The translations under genes were made by a program, and so were the position numbers. The notes under the pieces are model-generated. The model was not told the DNA's origin. It saw only the letters and a program-made list of their open reading frames with translations, and searched no databases. DNA of 62,442 nucleotides, the filler included. It is 6 parts of 6 records of this genome, joined end to end, with 100 filler letters (N's around TTAATTAATTAA, not from the genome) between each part and the next. Parts side by side here need not be neighbours in the genome. Positions count along the whole stretch, not along the records: positions 33,519 to 43,310 come from SRR31156797_5425; positions 43,411 to 57,226 come from SRR31156797_5433; 4 more parts are not named here. The stretch is one strand, 5' to 3'. Positions 38,465 to 48,779 of the stretch are shown here, in pieces (position 1 is the stretch's first letter; each line of letters starts with the position of its first letter).

Positions 38465-39750
38465 TATCCTCTATCCCAGATCTGGGGGGCGGGAAACACG
38501 TAATCCGCCTGGGCGAAACTTTTGGGGAGGACCACCTTGACCCTCTTTACGGGATCCGGGTCCGGAAGGACCTGGACCATGGCCGTGGTGGCGTTGATGT
38601 TGTCGCCGTTTTCCGCAAATCGGATGGCGTCTCCCACCATGGGCTGCCCTTTCAGGTCCGTCTTCCGGATGGCGGCCAGAAGCTTATGGCTGTCCGCGGA
38701 CCCGGCCCTTTCCAGTGCATCGGCAATCACCAGGATGCCGGTGTACGCATAACCGGAATTGGTATCCAGATACCCGCCGTATTTCTTGTTAAACAGGGCG
38801 TTGGCTTCCTGGTACACCGGGCTCGCCGTGTTGACCCAGGGAACATTGTCCATGACGTAATAGACCAGTTTGCCCAGGTCTTTGATTACTTTCGGTTCAT
38901 ACCATCCCGGACTCCCCGGACTGATAATGCCCATGAGCGGCACCCGCTGTTTGAGTAGCTGCCGGGTCAAGATAATGGAGTCTCCCGGCCTGCACACGGG
39001 AAAGAGCAGATCCGGTTTGGCGGCTTTTATCTTTGCCACCTCGGAGGAAAGGTCGTGGATGCCCAAGGGGTAGGTGATATGTTCCACGATTTCCACAGGT
39101 ATTCCGGATTTCTTGAACCATTTGATAAAATTCCCGCCCTGGCCTTTTCCGAAAGGGTCGCCCGTGTTGGTGACCACCGCCCTTTTCGGCGTCACCTTTT
39201 TCTCTTTAATCATCTGCTCGATATATCTGCAGGCCGTTTTTCCGAAGGTACTCACCGTGGGAAAGATGCGAAAGCTGTATTTGTACCCTTTCCGGGTAAT
39301 GACATCCAGGGCTGCAACATCCATTACAAAGGGGATCTGTCGCTGTTCCGCCAAGGTGGCGATGGCCATGCCGGTACCGCTCTGGAAAGCGCCGATCAGC
39401 ACCGAGGCGCCGTCCTTAATCAACCGGTCCGCTTCGCTCCTGCCCACCGTCGCTTTGGTTTCACTGTCCCCCAGCAGGAGTTCCAGCTTGGCCCCTCCCA
39501 TGGATTTGATGCCGCCCTTGGCGTTGATGTAATCCACCGCCAGCTGATTCCCCCTGCGCTGGCCCTGTCCGATCACCGCAAGGGGTCCCGTGGCCGGCTG
39601 AACGGATCCGATTTTAATGGTCCCGGGCGCCGCTTTCAGCAGGGTTGGAACACCAAAGGAGGTTGCGGTCAGACCCAAACCCGCGGCCCCCGTGACTTTC
39701 AGGAAAGTCCTTCGGTCCATCTCTTTCTTTACCGGATCTTGCTCGCTCAT
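38464..39750 (-). CDS. Tat-exported Liv-type substrate-binding protein
   Basis: DRRTFLK Tat motif; INAKGGIKSMGGAK; SD AAGGAGG before ATG 39750. Confidence 0.88.
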   Translation of the reverse strand: MSEQDPVKKEMDRRTFLKVTGAAGLGLTATSFGVPTLLKAAPGTIKIGSVQPATGPLAVIGQGQRRGNQLAVDYINAKGGIKSMGGAKLELLLGDSETKATVGRSEADRLIKDGASVLIGAFQSGTGMAIATLAEQRQIPFVMDVAALDVITRKGYKYSFRIFPTVSTFGKTACRYIEQMIKEKKVTPKRAVVTNTGDPFGKGQGGNFIKWFKKSGIPVEIVEHITYPLGIHDLSSEVAKIKAAKPDLLFPVCRPGDSIILTRQLLKQRVPLMGIISPGSPGWYEPKVIKDLGKLVYYVMDNVPWVNTASPVYQEANALFNKKYGGYLDTNSGYAYTGILVIADALERAGSADSHKLLAAIRKTDLKGQPMVGDAIRFAENGDNINATTAMVQVLPDPDPVKRVKVVLPKSFAQADYVFPAPQIWDRG

Positions 39751-39946
39751 CAGATGCCTCCTTTTGGGGTAATTTAGAGTTAGGGTCATTTTCCGACCAT
39801 TCAGATTTTCCCATAATTGGAATATATTGAATTGATATGTTTATGTCAACAGATTCGTCAGATGATAAGAACTTGATTTTTTGGGGAAAAACCATATCGT
39901 TTATCACCAAAGGCGTGCATGAGAAAAACGTTGTTCTGAATTCACT

Positions 39947-42085
39947 TCAACTCACCCATGGCCCCTCAAAGCGTTTTCGGGCCCTTCCCAAGGCCATCAA
40001 AGGGAAGTATTGCCGGTAGAGGTCGTACTTGATCATGAAACCGCGCTCCAGCTCGACGCCCTGATTGACCGATGGTTGGGAAGAATCCATCTGAACGCGG
40101 GCCCCAAGCCCATAACCGGGAAAACCGGTCCCGGTATAATGGGGTTCTTCCCATCCGCCATTCTTCTGGGTGTCCAGGAGGTAGCGGATGCCTTTTCCAA
40201 TGGATTCGTCATAGGAAGGCGATTGCATGGCGAGAAGACACAACAGTGCCCACCCGGTTTGAGATGCCGTGCTTTCCCCCACGCCTCGCAGGGAATCGTC
40301 CATGTAGGAGGAGCAGGTTTCCCCCCATCCCCCATCCGAATTTTGGCGACCTTTGATCCAGTCGGCCGCTTTGCGTATGTAGGGCGCCTCCATGTTTTCC
40401 CCGGCGGCATGGAGCGCTGGGAGGACCGCTCCCGTGCCGTAGATGTGGTTTACCCCCCAGCGGCCGAACCAACTTCCCATTGTTTCCTGTTCCTTTTTCA
40501 GAAACCGGATGGCCTTCTCCATGGCTGGAAAGTCCTTTGGATATCCCAACCATGCCAAGGCCTCAACCGCGTGGGCCGTGAGGTCGGCGCTCGGGGGATC
40601 GAGCACCTCGCCGAAATCGCAGAAGGGAATCTTTGTAAGGAGGGCATTTTCATTGTCCTTGTCGAAGGCGGCCCAGCCGCCGTTCCGGCTTTGAAGGCCC
40701 AGCATCCACTCCGTGGCTTGGGATATGGCCTCGTCCAGGGCGGACGTATCCTTTAGGGATTTTTTGGCCCTTGAGAGAACGATCAGGGCCACCGCCGTAT
40801 CGTCCACATCCGGATAGGCGATGTTTTCGTGTTCAAAGGCCCATCCTCCGGGACGAACCCCTTTGATTCTTGCCTGCCAATCGCCGTGGGCCGTTACCTG
40901 TTTTCCAAGAATCCATTGGAGCGCCCGCATCATGAAGGGATGGGAATTGCAGTCCAGGCCGCAGTCCTGCAGGGCCAGCAGGGACAGCAGGGTGTCCCAT
41001 ACGGGCGACATGCTGGCCTGAAGATAGATGCCGCCGTTACGCTCCACCATCCAGTGAGAATCAAAGGCCTTTAAACCGCTGACCATGACCGGATGGGTGA
41101 GCGGATAACCTTCCACATGGAGCGCCATCAATGAATAGAGCCAAGGGGGCTGGATGCCGCCCCATACGCCGTCGGCATCCTGGTGTTTGATGATCCATTC
41201 CGTGCAGAAACGTTTTGCCGCGTTCCGGCCCGGCTGCCATCGGAGTGACGTGTATTTGTTGAGGATTCTATCCACGAATAGAAAGAGACTTTTCCATGAA
41301 AAGCCGTAATCCGCGACGGCGGGTGCGGCATAAAGAACCGTTCGACCCTCCGGAAACAGCTCGTCCAGCCTTTGGTTCTCGGGCAGGTGGTGAACCGGGC
41401 GTCGGGACGACAGGATGCTCAAGGGGACCAGGGTGGCCCGGGCCCAGGATGCGAAGTCATATATGCTGAAAGGGCACCAGGAAGGCAGAAAGATGATTTC
41501 GGGGGGGAGCGCCGGGGTTGCATCCCATGACCATTCGCCGATCAGCGCAAGCCAGAATTTTGTGAAAACACGAATTCTCCTGAGGCCGCCATGGGCAAGA
41601 ATCCAGTTTCGAGCAAGTTTGAGGGCCTCCCGGTCCTTGTCCAAACCGGCGGTCCGAAGCGCTGCGTAGCACTCCACCGTGGTATTGATGTCCCCCTGGG
41701 GGGCGTCAAAGTACACCTCCCAGGAACCGTCGCTTCTCTGTTCGTCGAGAATGCTTTTTACAACCCCGTCGTGCTTGGGATGGTTTTTGATTCCCAGGAA
41801 ATGCATTGCCAGAATCCATTGGGCTTCCATGCATGAATTGGTTTCCACATGGCCCGCCCAGTAGCCGTCCTCCGCTTGATTTTGTTTCAGCCATCGGATA
41901 GCCTGATCAATGCCGGCGTCCAAGTCGCCCTTCAGTTGCTGGAAATGGCGGTTGTCCCTTTTTCGTTTCGGTTCGAACCTGTTGAAATCCACGGTGTTAA
42001 AGACGTCGTGGAGCTGTTCAAACCCTTTTGTCATTTGGTTTTCATTATTCAACAACCGTTCGTACATTTTGTTATCATCCGCCAA
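39947..42085 (-). CDS. shc: squalene-hopene cyclase
   Basis: YPDVDDTA (DxDD), multiple QxxxGxW repeats, GGWAAFD, WFGRWGVN, GTGFPG. Start is TTG 42085 or ATG 42067. Confidence 0.95.
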   Translation of the reverse strand: MADDNKMYERLLNNENQMTKGFEQLHDVFNTVDFNRFEPKRKRDNRHFQQLKGDLDAGIDQAIRWLKQNQAEDGYWAGHVETNSCMEAQWILAMHFLGIKNHPKHDGVVKSILDEQRSDGSWEVYFDAPQGDINTTVECYAALRTAGLDKDREALKLARNWILAHGGLRRIRVFTKFWLALIGEWSWDATPALPPEIIFLPSWCPFSIYDFASWARATLVPLSILSSRRPVHHLPENQRLDELFPEGRTVLYAAPAVADYGFSWKSLFLFVDRILNKYTSLRWQPGRNAAKRFCTEWIIKHQDADGVWGGIQPPWLYSLMALHVEGYPLTHPVMVSGLKAFDSHWMVERNGGIYLQASMSPVWDTLLSLLALQDCGLDCNSHPFMMRALQWILGKQVTAHGDWQARIKGVRPGGWAFEHENIAYPDVDDTAVALIVLSRAKKSLKDTSALDEAISQATEWMLGLQSRNGGWAAFDKDNENALLTKIPFCDFGEVLDPPSADLTAHAVEALAWLGYPKDFPAMEKAIRFLKKEQETMGSWFGRWGVNHIYGTGAVLPALHAAGENMEAPYIRKAADWIKGRQNSDGGWGETCSSYMDDSLRGVGESTASQTGWALLCLLAMQSPSYDESIGKGIRYLLDTQKNGGWEEPHYTGTGFPGYGLGARVQMDSSQPSVNQGVELERGFMIKYDLYRQYFPLMALGRARKRFEGPWVS

Positions 42086-42109
42086 TAAATATGGATAAAT
42101 AAATAGAAT

Positions 42110-42140
42110 ATTTATTATTCATGTCATATGAATAATAAAT
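42110..42140. promoter_or_regulatory. perfect 13-bp inverted repeat upstream of shc (candidate operator)
   Basis: ATTTATTATTCAT-GTCAT-ATGAATAATAAAT. Confidence 0.6.
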
Positions 42141-42311
42141 GTAAAAGAGTTGGAAAGGTTCGGTAAGAACTTTACCGAAATGTTATTTGGCCGTCAAGGA
42201 AAAACAGGCTGGCCCTAGGGATTGTCCCTCGAAAACCTTCAGGAACCGGATGGGTGGGGCGTATACGGGTTGTTCCCGATGCAACATAAAACCTTTCGGC
42301 CTTCCCAATGC

Positions 42312-43115
42312 TCAGGTGAGCCAACGTTTTCTTCTCCGGTAGTGCTTTACGTCCCGGTAGCTTTTTTTCTTGCCCACTTCGGTGAGCCCCAGGTAGAATT
42401 CCCTGACGTCGGCATTTTCTTTGAGCTTCTCCACGGTGTCGTCCAGGACGATGCGGCCGTTCTCCATCACATAGCCGTGGCTGGCGATGGAAAGGGCGAG
42501 CCTGGCGTTCTGTTCCACCAGCAGAATGCTCACTTTTTCCTCCCGGTTGATGTGCTGAATGATCTTGAAAATTTCGGAGACCAAAAGAGGTGAAAGGCCC
42601 ATGGAGGGTTCGTCCAGAAGCATGAGGGTGGGGATGCTCATGAGCCCGCGGCCGATGACCAGCATCTGCTGCTCACCGCCGCTGATATACCCGGCCAGGA
42701 CGTTTTTCCTCGCCTTTAACCGGGGGAACATGCCGTAAACCTTTTGGATGTCCTCTTTCATCCTCCTGCGGCTTCTATTGGTATGTCCCCCGGCGATGAG
42801 GTTTTCCTCAATGGAGAGATCCTCGAAAACCCGCCTCCCCTCCATGACCTGAAATATGCCTTTTCGAACGATTTCTTCCGGGTATTTGCGGTCGATGCGC
42901 TCCCCTTTAAATAGGATCTGGCCGTCGGTGACAGCGCCATCCTCGGATTTGAGCAGGCCTGAGATGGCTTTGAGGGTGGTGGTTTTGCCGGCCCCGTTGT
43001 TCCCCAGGACCGCCACGATGCGCCCTTCATCCACCTGGAGGCTCATCCCTTTCAGGACCAGGATCACGTTATGATAAATCACTTCAATATTGTTGACAGC
43101 CAGCAATGGTTCCAT
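42312..43115 (-). CDS. Liv-type ABC ATPase (LivF-like)
   Basis: GNNGAGKTT, ISGGEQQM; C-terminal KSYRDVKHYRRRKRW tail. Confidence 0.9.
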   Translation of the reverse strand: MEPLLAVNNIEVIYHNVILVLKGMSLQVDEGRIVAVLGNNGAGKTTTLKAISGLLKSEDGAVTDGQILFKGERIDRKYPEEIVRKGIFQVMEGRRVFEDLSIEENLIAGGHTNRSRRRMKEDIQKVYGMFPRLKARKNVLAGYISGGEQQMLVIGRGLMSIPTLMLLDEPSMGLSPLLVSEIFKIIQHINREEKVSILLVEQNARLALSIASHGYVMENGRIVLDDTVEKLKENADVREFYLGLTEVGKKKSYRDVKHYRRRKRWLT

Positions 43116-43147
43116 AGGGTTTTCCCCGGGTTTTTCCGCCATTTCCC

Positions 43148-43309
43148 TTACGCCCCGAGCCTGGAGTAGGTGATATCCTCTTCTCCCAGGTAGGCCTTGA
43201 TGACTTTTTCGTTGTGCCGGATTTCTTCAGGTTTTCCTTCGGCGATCTTAATCCCGAAATCGAGCACGCAAATGCGGTTTGAAATATCCATGACCACGCC
43301 CATGTCATG
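43148..43309 (-). CDS. Liv-type ABC ATPase C-terminus (LivG-like, truncated at contig edge)
   Basis: Hand translation [30 protein letters not shown]...KAYLG. Confidence 0.85.
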   Translation of the reverse strand, partial: HDMGVVMDISNRICVLDFGIKIAEGKPEEIRHNEKVIKAYLGEEDITYSRLGA

Positions 43310-43310
43310 T

Positions 43311-43410
43311 NNNNNNNNNNNNNNNNNNNNNNNNNNNNNNNNNNNNNNNNNNNNTTAATTAATTAANNNNNNNNNNNNNNNNNNNNNNNNNNNNNNNNNN
43401 NNNNNNNNNN
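43311..43410. other. artificial contig spacer
   Basis: N-TTAATTAATTAA-N. Confidence 0.98.
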
Positions 43411-43644
43411 GATTCCTTCAAAACATGACGCGCTCTAGCACTGCGCGAGATCGTTTTCGAGTCGCATTGAGTTAGCTTGTTCTTGCATCACGCAACCGGG
43501 CGATAGATGAGACAACCGTGATCTGGATTCCGGGTCGTAAGGTTCGCCCTCCGGAAATCCTGAGATTTCCGGGCTCGCCTAACGTCCGGAATGACGTAAA
43601 CAACGATTGTCGGCTCCGCCGACCGCGGGCCGCCGACCGCAGGT

Positions 43645-46188
43645 CTACCCCAGCAACACTTCCTTGGCCATTCCGGCCAGTTCCTGGAGGCTATAGGGCT
43701 TCGGTAGGAAATGGATCGTCGGGTCGCGCGAGATGTCGTCGGCGAGCGCGTCCTCGGCATAGCCGGAAACCAGGATCACCTTGACCTCCGGCATCTCCTG
43801 GCGGACCAGCTTGACGAAGGTATGGCCGTCCATGCCGGGCATGACGACGTCGCTGATGATCAGGTCGATGGCGTCGCCGCCGTCGTTGATGACGTCGAGC
43901 GCGTTTTCGCCGCTGTCGGCTTCGAGCACTGTGTAGCCCTTGTTGCGCAAAGCCCGGGCGCCGAACAGGCGGACCGCGTCCTCGTCCTCGACCAGCAGCA
44001 CGGTACCGCCGCCGGTCAGATCCTTTTCCGGCTCCTGTGCAGCAGCCTGTGCCAGCGCCGCGGCGGCATCGGAAGCGGCGACGGGGGCATCGATTTCCGG
44101 CATGTACATATGGAAGGTGGTGCCGTCGCCGGGCGCGCTGTCGACGAAGATGAAGCCGCCGGTCTGACGGACGATGCCGTAGACCGTCGACAGGCCGAGG
44201 CCGGTTCCCGAGCCCTTCTCCTTGGTCGAGAAGAAGGGTTCGAAAATCTGCGCGATATCCTCCTTGGTAATGCCGGTGCCGGTATCGGTCACTTCGATCA
44301 GCACATAGTTTCCCGGCGGCATCAGTTCGGCGCCGCGGCTGACCGCCTCGTCGATCGAAACGCTCGAGGTCCGGATGTTCAGCGTGCCGCCGCCCATCAT
44401 GGCGTCGCGCGCGTTGACCGCCAGATTGATGATGACCTGGTCGAACTGCACCGGGTCGACCCGCACCAGCCCCGAATCGTCGCCGTGCTCGATGTGCAGC
44501 TCGATGGTCTCGCCCATCAGGCGGCGCAGCATGTGCGACAGGTCGGACAGCGCGTGCCGGATATCCAGGTTCACCGGTTTGAGCTGCTGTTTGCGCGAAA
44601 AGGCGAGCAGCTGCCGAACCAGGTTGGTCGCCCGGTTGGCGTTCTGTTTGATCTGCATGATGTCGGCGAACGACGGGTCCTCCGGCCCGTGGCGGGCCAA
44701 CAGCAGGTCGGAAAACCCGATGATCGCGGTCAGCATATTGTTGAAATCGTGGGCGATGCCGCCGGCAAGCTGGCCGACCGCATGGATCTTCTGGGCCTGG
44801 GTGAACTGGACCTCGAGGCTTTTCTGTTCGGTCGTGTCGATGAAGTGCAGGACCAGGCCGGAAACCTCGCCGTCGGTATCCTCCAGCCGGCTGGCGAACA
44901 CCGACAGCGACAGTTCGCGCTCGCCGGCCGCCGGCATGTGAACCTCGATGTGCGACGCTTTCGACGCCCCCATCACCACCTTCGACAGCTGGGTGGCGAA
45001 ATCGCTGCGGTCCTCCTTGACCATGCGATCGGCAAGCGGCCGTCCGGCCACCGCCTCGCGGTGCAATCCCAAAAGCTTCAGGAAGGCGCGGTTGCAATCC
45101 GATACGCTGCCCTGAAGGTCGAGGATCGCGATGCCGACCGGCGCTTCGTCGAACAGCCAGTGCAGCCGCGACAGGGCCGACGTCACCGGATCGCCGTTTT
45201 CGCGCCAGACCACGTCGCGCAGCACGATCGACCGGCTGTACAGCATGTTGCCGGCTTTATCGACCCGCTCGGATTGCAGCAGCGTCGCGGCGAAGGTTTC
45301 GCCGTCGGCCGTTTCCAACGTCACTTCGCCGTGGGCCGGCGCGTCGCCGTCGCCGCTGGCCCAGGTATCGCCCGAGGCGACGACGAAATCGGAAAAGGTC
45401 ATTCCTTCGGCGCGCAGCCGTTCGGCCGGCACCCCAAGCCACTCGGCCAGGGTGGCGTTGGCATGAACGATCCGCCCCTCGTCGTCGACCGAAAAGAAAC
45501 CGGCCGGCAGATGGTCCAGGAAATCGGCCATGATTTCCTCTTCGCGGCGGCGGATGCTTTCCATCTCGCGGCGCGCGGTTATGTCCTCGGCCCGCCAAAG
45601 GGCATGCGGCGGCGGCCCGGTCAGCGGCTGAACGCCGATGCGCCGCCATTCGACGCTGCCCTTCGAAATGCTGAACGGCAGTTCCGCCGACCCGCCGACT
45701 CCGGCCGCCGCGGCCGCCCTCAGGCGCCGGAATTCATCGGCCGCCTGTTCGCCGTCGGCAAGGATGGATTCGATCGCGTCCAGCGACGTCGGCATGAAAA
45801 ACAGCTGCAGAAATGCCGGATTGGCGTAGACGAAGGCGCCTTCGGCCGTGGTCAGAAGCCGGGCTTCGGGATTGCCGTCGGCCGCCGCCACCAGCAACTG
45901 GGCAACCGGGTCGATGCCGCTCCGGCGTCCCTGCGTCCAGGCCAGCCCGAACGCCGCCGCCAGTGCCAACGCCGCCGGCACGGCGACACCGACGGCCGGC
46001 AGCGATGCCAGGAAGCCGGCAACCGAAAAAGCCAGAAAAGCGAAAAAAGCGCCGCCCCAAAGGCGCGGCCGCAGAAACCACTCGCGCTTGCGGCGCCAGA
46101 AGTCGACGAGCGGTGGCGACGAAGGATCCGGCACCGTGGATTTGGAACCGGAAAGTTCCCGACCTTGCGGTTCATCCGCCGGTTTCAA
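43645..46188 (-). CDS. cckA: PAS hybrid histidine kinase CckA
   Basis: GQLAGGIAHDFNN, QIKQNANRA, NLAVNARDAM, REC LLVEDEDAVR...SDVVMP; adjacent to flhB. Start uncertain. Confidence 0.88.
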   Translation of the reverse strand: MKPADEPQGRELSGSKSTVPDPSSPPLVDFWRRKREWFLRPRLWGGAFFAFLAFSVAGFLASLPAVGVAVPAALALAAAFGLAWTQGRRSGIDPVAQLLVAAADGNPEARLLTTAEGAFVYANPAFLQLFFMPTSLDAIESILADGEQAADEFRRLRAAAAAGVGGSAELPFSISKGSVEWRRIGVQPLTGPPPHALWRAEDITARREMESIRRREEEIMADFLDHLPAGFFSVDDEGRIVHANATLAEWLGVPAERLRAEGMTFSDFVVASGDTWASGDGDAPAHGEVTLETADGETFAATLLQSERVDKAGNMLYSRSIVLRDVVWRENGDPVTSALSRLHWLFDEAPVGIAILDLQGSVSDCNRAFLKLLGLHREAVAGRPLADRMVKEDRSDFATQLSKVVMGASKASHIEVHMPAAGERELSLSVFASRLEDTDGEVSGLVLHFIDTTEQKSLEVQFTQAQKIHAVGQLAGGIAHDFNNMLTAIIGFSDLLLARHGPEDPSFADIMQIKQNANRATNLVRQLLAFSRKQQLKPVNLDIRHALSDLSHMLRRLMGETIELHIEHGDDSGLVRVDPVQFDQVIINLAVNARDAMMGGGTLNIRTSSVSIDEAVSRGAELMPPGNYVLIEVTDTGTGITKEDIAQIFEPFFSTKEKGSGTGLGLSTVYGIVRQTGGFIFVDSAPGDGTTFHMYMPEIDAPVAASDAAAALAQAAAQEPEKDLTGGGTVLLVEDEDAVRLFGARALRNKGYTVLEADSGENALDVINDGGDAIDLIISDVVMPGMDGHTFVKLVRQEMPEVKVILVSGYAEDALADDISRDPTIHFLPKPYSLQELAGMAKEVLLG

Positions 46189-46229
46189 TCGAATTCAGCC
46201 CCTTGCCTGCGATTTCCTATCCCGCGGTC

Positions 46230-47312
46230 CTATCCCGCGGCTGCCGACGGCATCTCGCCGCGCAGACGCATAACATAGCCGATAACTTCCGCCACCGCCT
46301 TGAAATGTTCGGGCGGAATTTCCTCCTCCAGTTCGACCGATGCAAACAGGGCACGGGCCAACGGCGGGTTCTCGACGATGGGAACCTCGTTTTCCTCGGC
46401 GATTTGGCGGATTCTCTGGGCGACAAGGTCGGCTCCCTTGGCGATCAGTTTCGGCGCCCGCATCTCCTCCATCTTGTAGGAAAGCGCAACGGCATAGTGC
46501 GTCGGGTTGGTAATCACCACATCGGCCTGCGGCACCGCCTGCATCATCCTTGCCCGCGCCCTTTCCTGGCGGATGCGGCGAATCTGGGACTTGATCTGCG
46601 GATCGCCTTCGGATTGCTTGTGCTCGTCCTTGACCTCCTGCCGCGTCATCCGCAACTGCTTCATATAGTTATATTTTTGGTAGATGTAGTCGATGATGGC
46701 GATGACCGTCATGACGACCACGGTACCGGCGACAAGCCACAGCGCGACCAGATGAAGATGTTTCAAAGACAGGACCAGACTGGTCATCGGCACCAGTTCG
46801 ATTCCCTGCAACAACGGCACCGCCAGCCCCAGGGCGACGCCGGCCGCCAGTCCGAGCTTGATAAGGCTTTTGACGAACTCGACCAACTGTTTGATCGAAA
46901 ACTTGCTTTTGAACCCCTTGATGATCGAGATCTTCTTGAGTTCGGGCTTGAGCTTGGCCGTCGCCACCAGCAGGCCGGTTTGGGCCCCGCCGATGAACAG
47001 GGCGACGATTATCAGAATGCCGAACAACGGGCTGACGATCTTGACCAATTCCAAAGACAGTCGATAGAACAGATACCGTATTTCGTGTTTGTCGACGGTT
47101 AATTCGTTGACTGATTCGAGCACCCAGAAACCGAGCTTGCGGATATCGGACATCATGCCGGGCGCCATCAGCAACAGCGCCGCCATCGCCGTCAACAGCA
47201 TGGCCCAGCTTTTCAGTTCCTGCGACTGGGCGATCTGACCCTTCTGGCGGGCCTTCTGTATCTTTTTAGATGTCGGCTCTTCTGTTTTTTGTGAGTCGTC
47301 TTCTTCGGCCAT
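46230..47312 (-). CDS. flhB: flagellar export switch protein FlhB
   Basis: KTEEPT, EGDPQIK, NPTH autocleavage motif. Confidence 0.97.
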   Translation of the reverse strand: MAEEDDSQKTEEPTSKKIQKARQKGQIAQSQELKSWAMLLTAMAALLLMAPGMMSDIRKLGFWVLESVNELTVDKHEIRYLFYRLSLELVKIVSPLFGILIIVALFIGGAQTGLLVATAKLKPELKKISIIKGFKSKFSIKQLVEFVKSLIKLGLAAGVALGLAVPLLQGIELVPMTSLVLSLKHLHLVALWLVAGTVVVMTVIAIIDYIYQKYNYMKQLRMTRQEVKDEHKQSEGDPQIKSQIRRIRQERARARMMQAVPQADVVITNPTHYAVALSYKMEEMRAPKLIAKGADLVAQRIRQIAEENEVPIVENPPLARALFASVELEEEIPPEHFKAVAEVIGYVMRLRGEMPSAAAG

Positions 47313-47333
47313 TTCGGTCCCCTATGTATCCCC

Positions 47334-48095
47334 TCAGGACGCCACGAAGACGTTGAAGGCTTCGCCGAAGCTTTTCATGAACATCAGCATGATGCCCGAC
47401 AGGACGATCGATAGGATGATGATCTGGGTCGCGATCTGAATCGGCAATCCGAAAAAGAACACCGGCAGGTTGGGCAGAAGGCGCCCAAGAAGCCCCAGCA
47501 TCAAAAAATGGGTCATACCCGTCAGCAGAAACGGCGAAGCCAGTTGAACGCCAAGGGTGAATGTGTCCGAAACGCGGTGGGCAACCATATCCGCCATATC
47601 GGCAACCGAATAGGTATCGCCGGGATGAAATATCGCGTAGCTCTCGGTTATGGCGCGCAGCATAAGGTGATGCATGTCGCTGACGAAAATCAGGACGACG
47701 GCGGTCGTCGTCAGGAACCCCGAGATGATCGATCCCTGCGCCTCGGCGATCGGATCCTGGATAAAGGCATTCGCCATCCCGGCAAGATAGGCGATAACCG
47801 TACCGGCGACGTGAAGGGCGCCAACCACAATGCGGCCGATGGCACCGAAAAAACCTCCGACCAGGACCTCGCCCAACAGCAATACGAGCAAGGCTATCGG
47901 GGTCGCCGGAATGACCGGCAAATCGGGAATCAGGATCGGCGCGACGACGAAACTGACGGCCAATGCGAACAGCAAACGAACGCGGACCGAAACGTATGAG
48001 GCGCTGAACCCGGGCAGGGCCAGGAAGGCCGTTCCGACGCGGGCAAAGATCAGAAAAAAACCGAAAATATTGAGGGTCAGCAGTTCGCGCAGCAT
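47334..48095 (-). CDS. fliR: flagellar export protein FliR
   Basis: Multi-TM; FARVG..F..LPGF; located between fliQ and flhB. Confidence 0.92.
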   Translation of the reverse strand: MLRELLTLNIFGFFLIFARVGTAFLALPGFSASYVSVRVRLLFALAVSFVVAPILIPDLPVIPATPIALLVLLLGEVLVGGFFGAIGRIVVGALHVAGTVIAYLAGMANAFIQDPIAEAQGSIISGFLTTTAVVLIFVSDMHHLMLRAITESYAIFHPGDTYSVADMADMVAHRVSDTFTLGVQLASPFLLTGMTHFLMLGLLGRLLPNLPVFFFGLPIQIATQIIILSIVLSGIMLMFMKSFGEAFNVFVAS

Positions 48096-48107
48096 GCCGG
48101 CCCCGCG

Positions 48108-48380
48108 CTAACTGACACCAAGGCCGACAATCCTGTCGAACAACCGTCTTCCGAATTCAACCACCTGCGTCATCATGAAAGGCAGGAAAATAACCAGGCC
48201 GATGAAAACGGTAACGATCTTCGGCACGAAGGTCAGCGTCATTTCCTGGATCGAGGTCAAGGCCTGGAAAACGGCGACGGTGATACCGACCAGAAGGGCC
48301 GCCCCCAGAAGCGGCGCCGCCGTTATCAAAACGGTGAACATCGCCTCGCGTCCGACTTCGAGGACCGCAACTTCGTTCAT
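48108..48380 (-). CDS. fliQ: flagellar export protein FliQ
   Basis: FQALTSIQEMTLTFVPKI. Confidence 0.96.
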   Translation of the reverse strand: MNEVAVLEVGREAMFTVLITAAPLLGAALLVGITVAVFQALTSIQEMTLTFVPKIVTVFIGLVIFLPFMMTQVVEFGRRLFDRIVGLGVS

Positions 48381-48407
48381 GATGATCCGTCCCGGCTGTC
48401 TACGGCG

Positions 48408-48728
48408 TCAGATCGGCATGCGAACGATTTCTTTGTAGGCCTCGACAACCTTGTCGCGGACCGACACAACCGTCTGCAGGGTCGTTTCGGCCTCGGCAAC
48501 GGCGGTGATGACCTGGCTTAGATCGGCGTTGTCGCGAATCCCCTCGATCGACAGTTGTTCGCTGCGTTCGCCGATGCGCCGCGCCTCTTCCAGGGCGCCC
48601 TTGACCAGATCGGCGAACTGGTCGCCGTCATGTTTGACGTCGCGCGCTTCCAACCCGCCGCCTTGCCCGCGCGCCACCTGTGAATAGGCCGACAGCGCGT
48701 TCGAAATGTTCTGCGTGGGAGTTGTCAT
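48408..48728 (-). CDS. fliE: flagellar hook-basal body protein FliE
   Basis: VRDKVVEAYKEIVRMPI C-terminus. Confidence 0.94.
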   Translation of the reverse strand: MTTPTQNISNALSAYSQVARGQGGGLEARDVKHDGDQFADLVKGALEEARRIGERSEQLSIEGIRDNADLSQVITAVAEAETTLQTVVSVRDKVVEAYKEIVRMPI

Positions 48729-48779
48729 AAGTCCTCCTGTCCGTCCCGGTATCCGCCCGTTTGGATCTTCCGCAAGACC

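Noticed and set aside
43411-43640. LexA box / recA promoter expected downstream of cckA
   Set aside because: No GTTC-N7-GTTC match found and no recA sequence before the contig edge.
43691-47102. Long antisense and alternate-frame ORFs (855, 468 and 429 aa) over cckA/flhB
   Set aside because: Shadow ORFs expected in high-GC coding DNA; no recognisable motifs.
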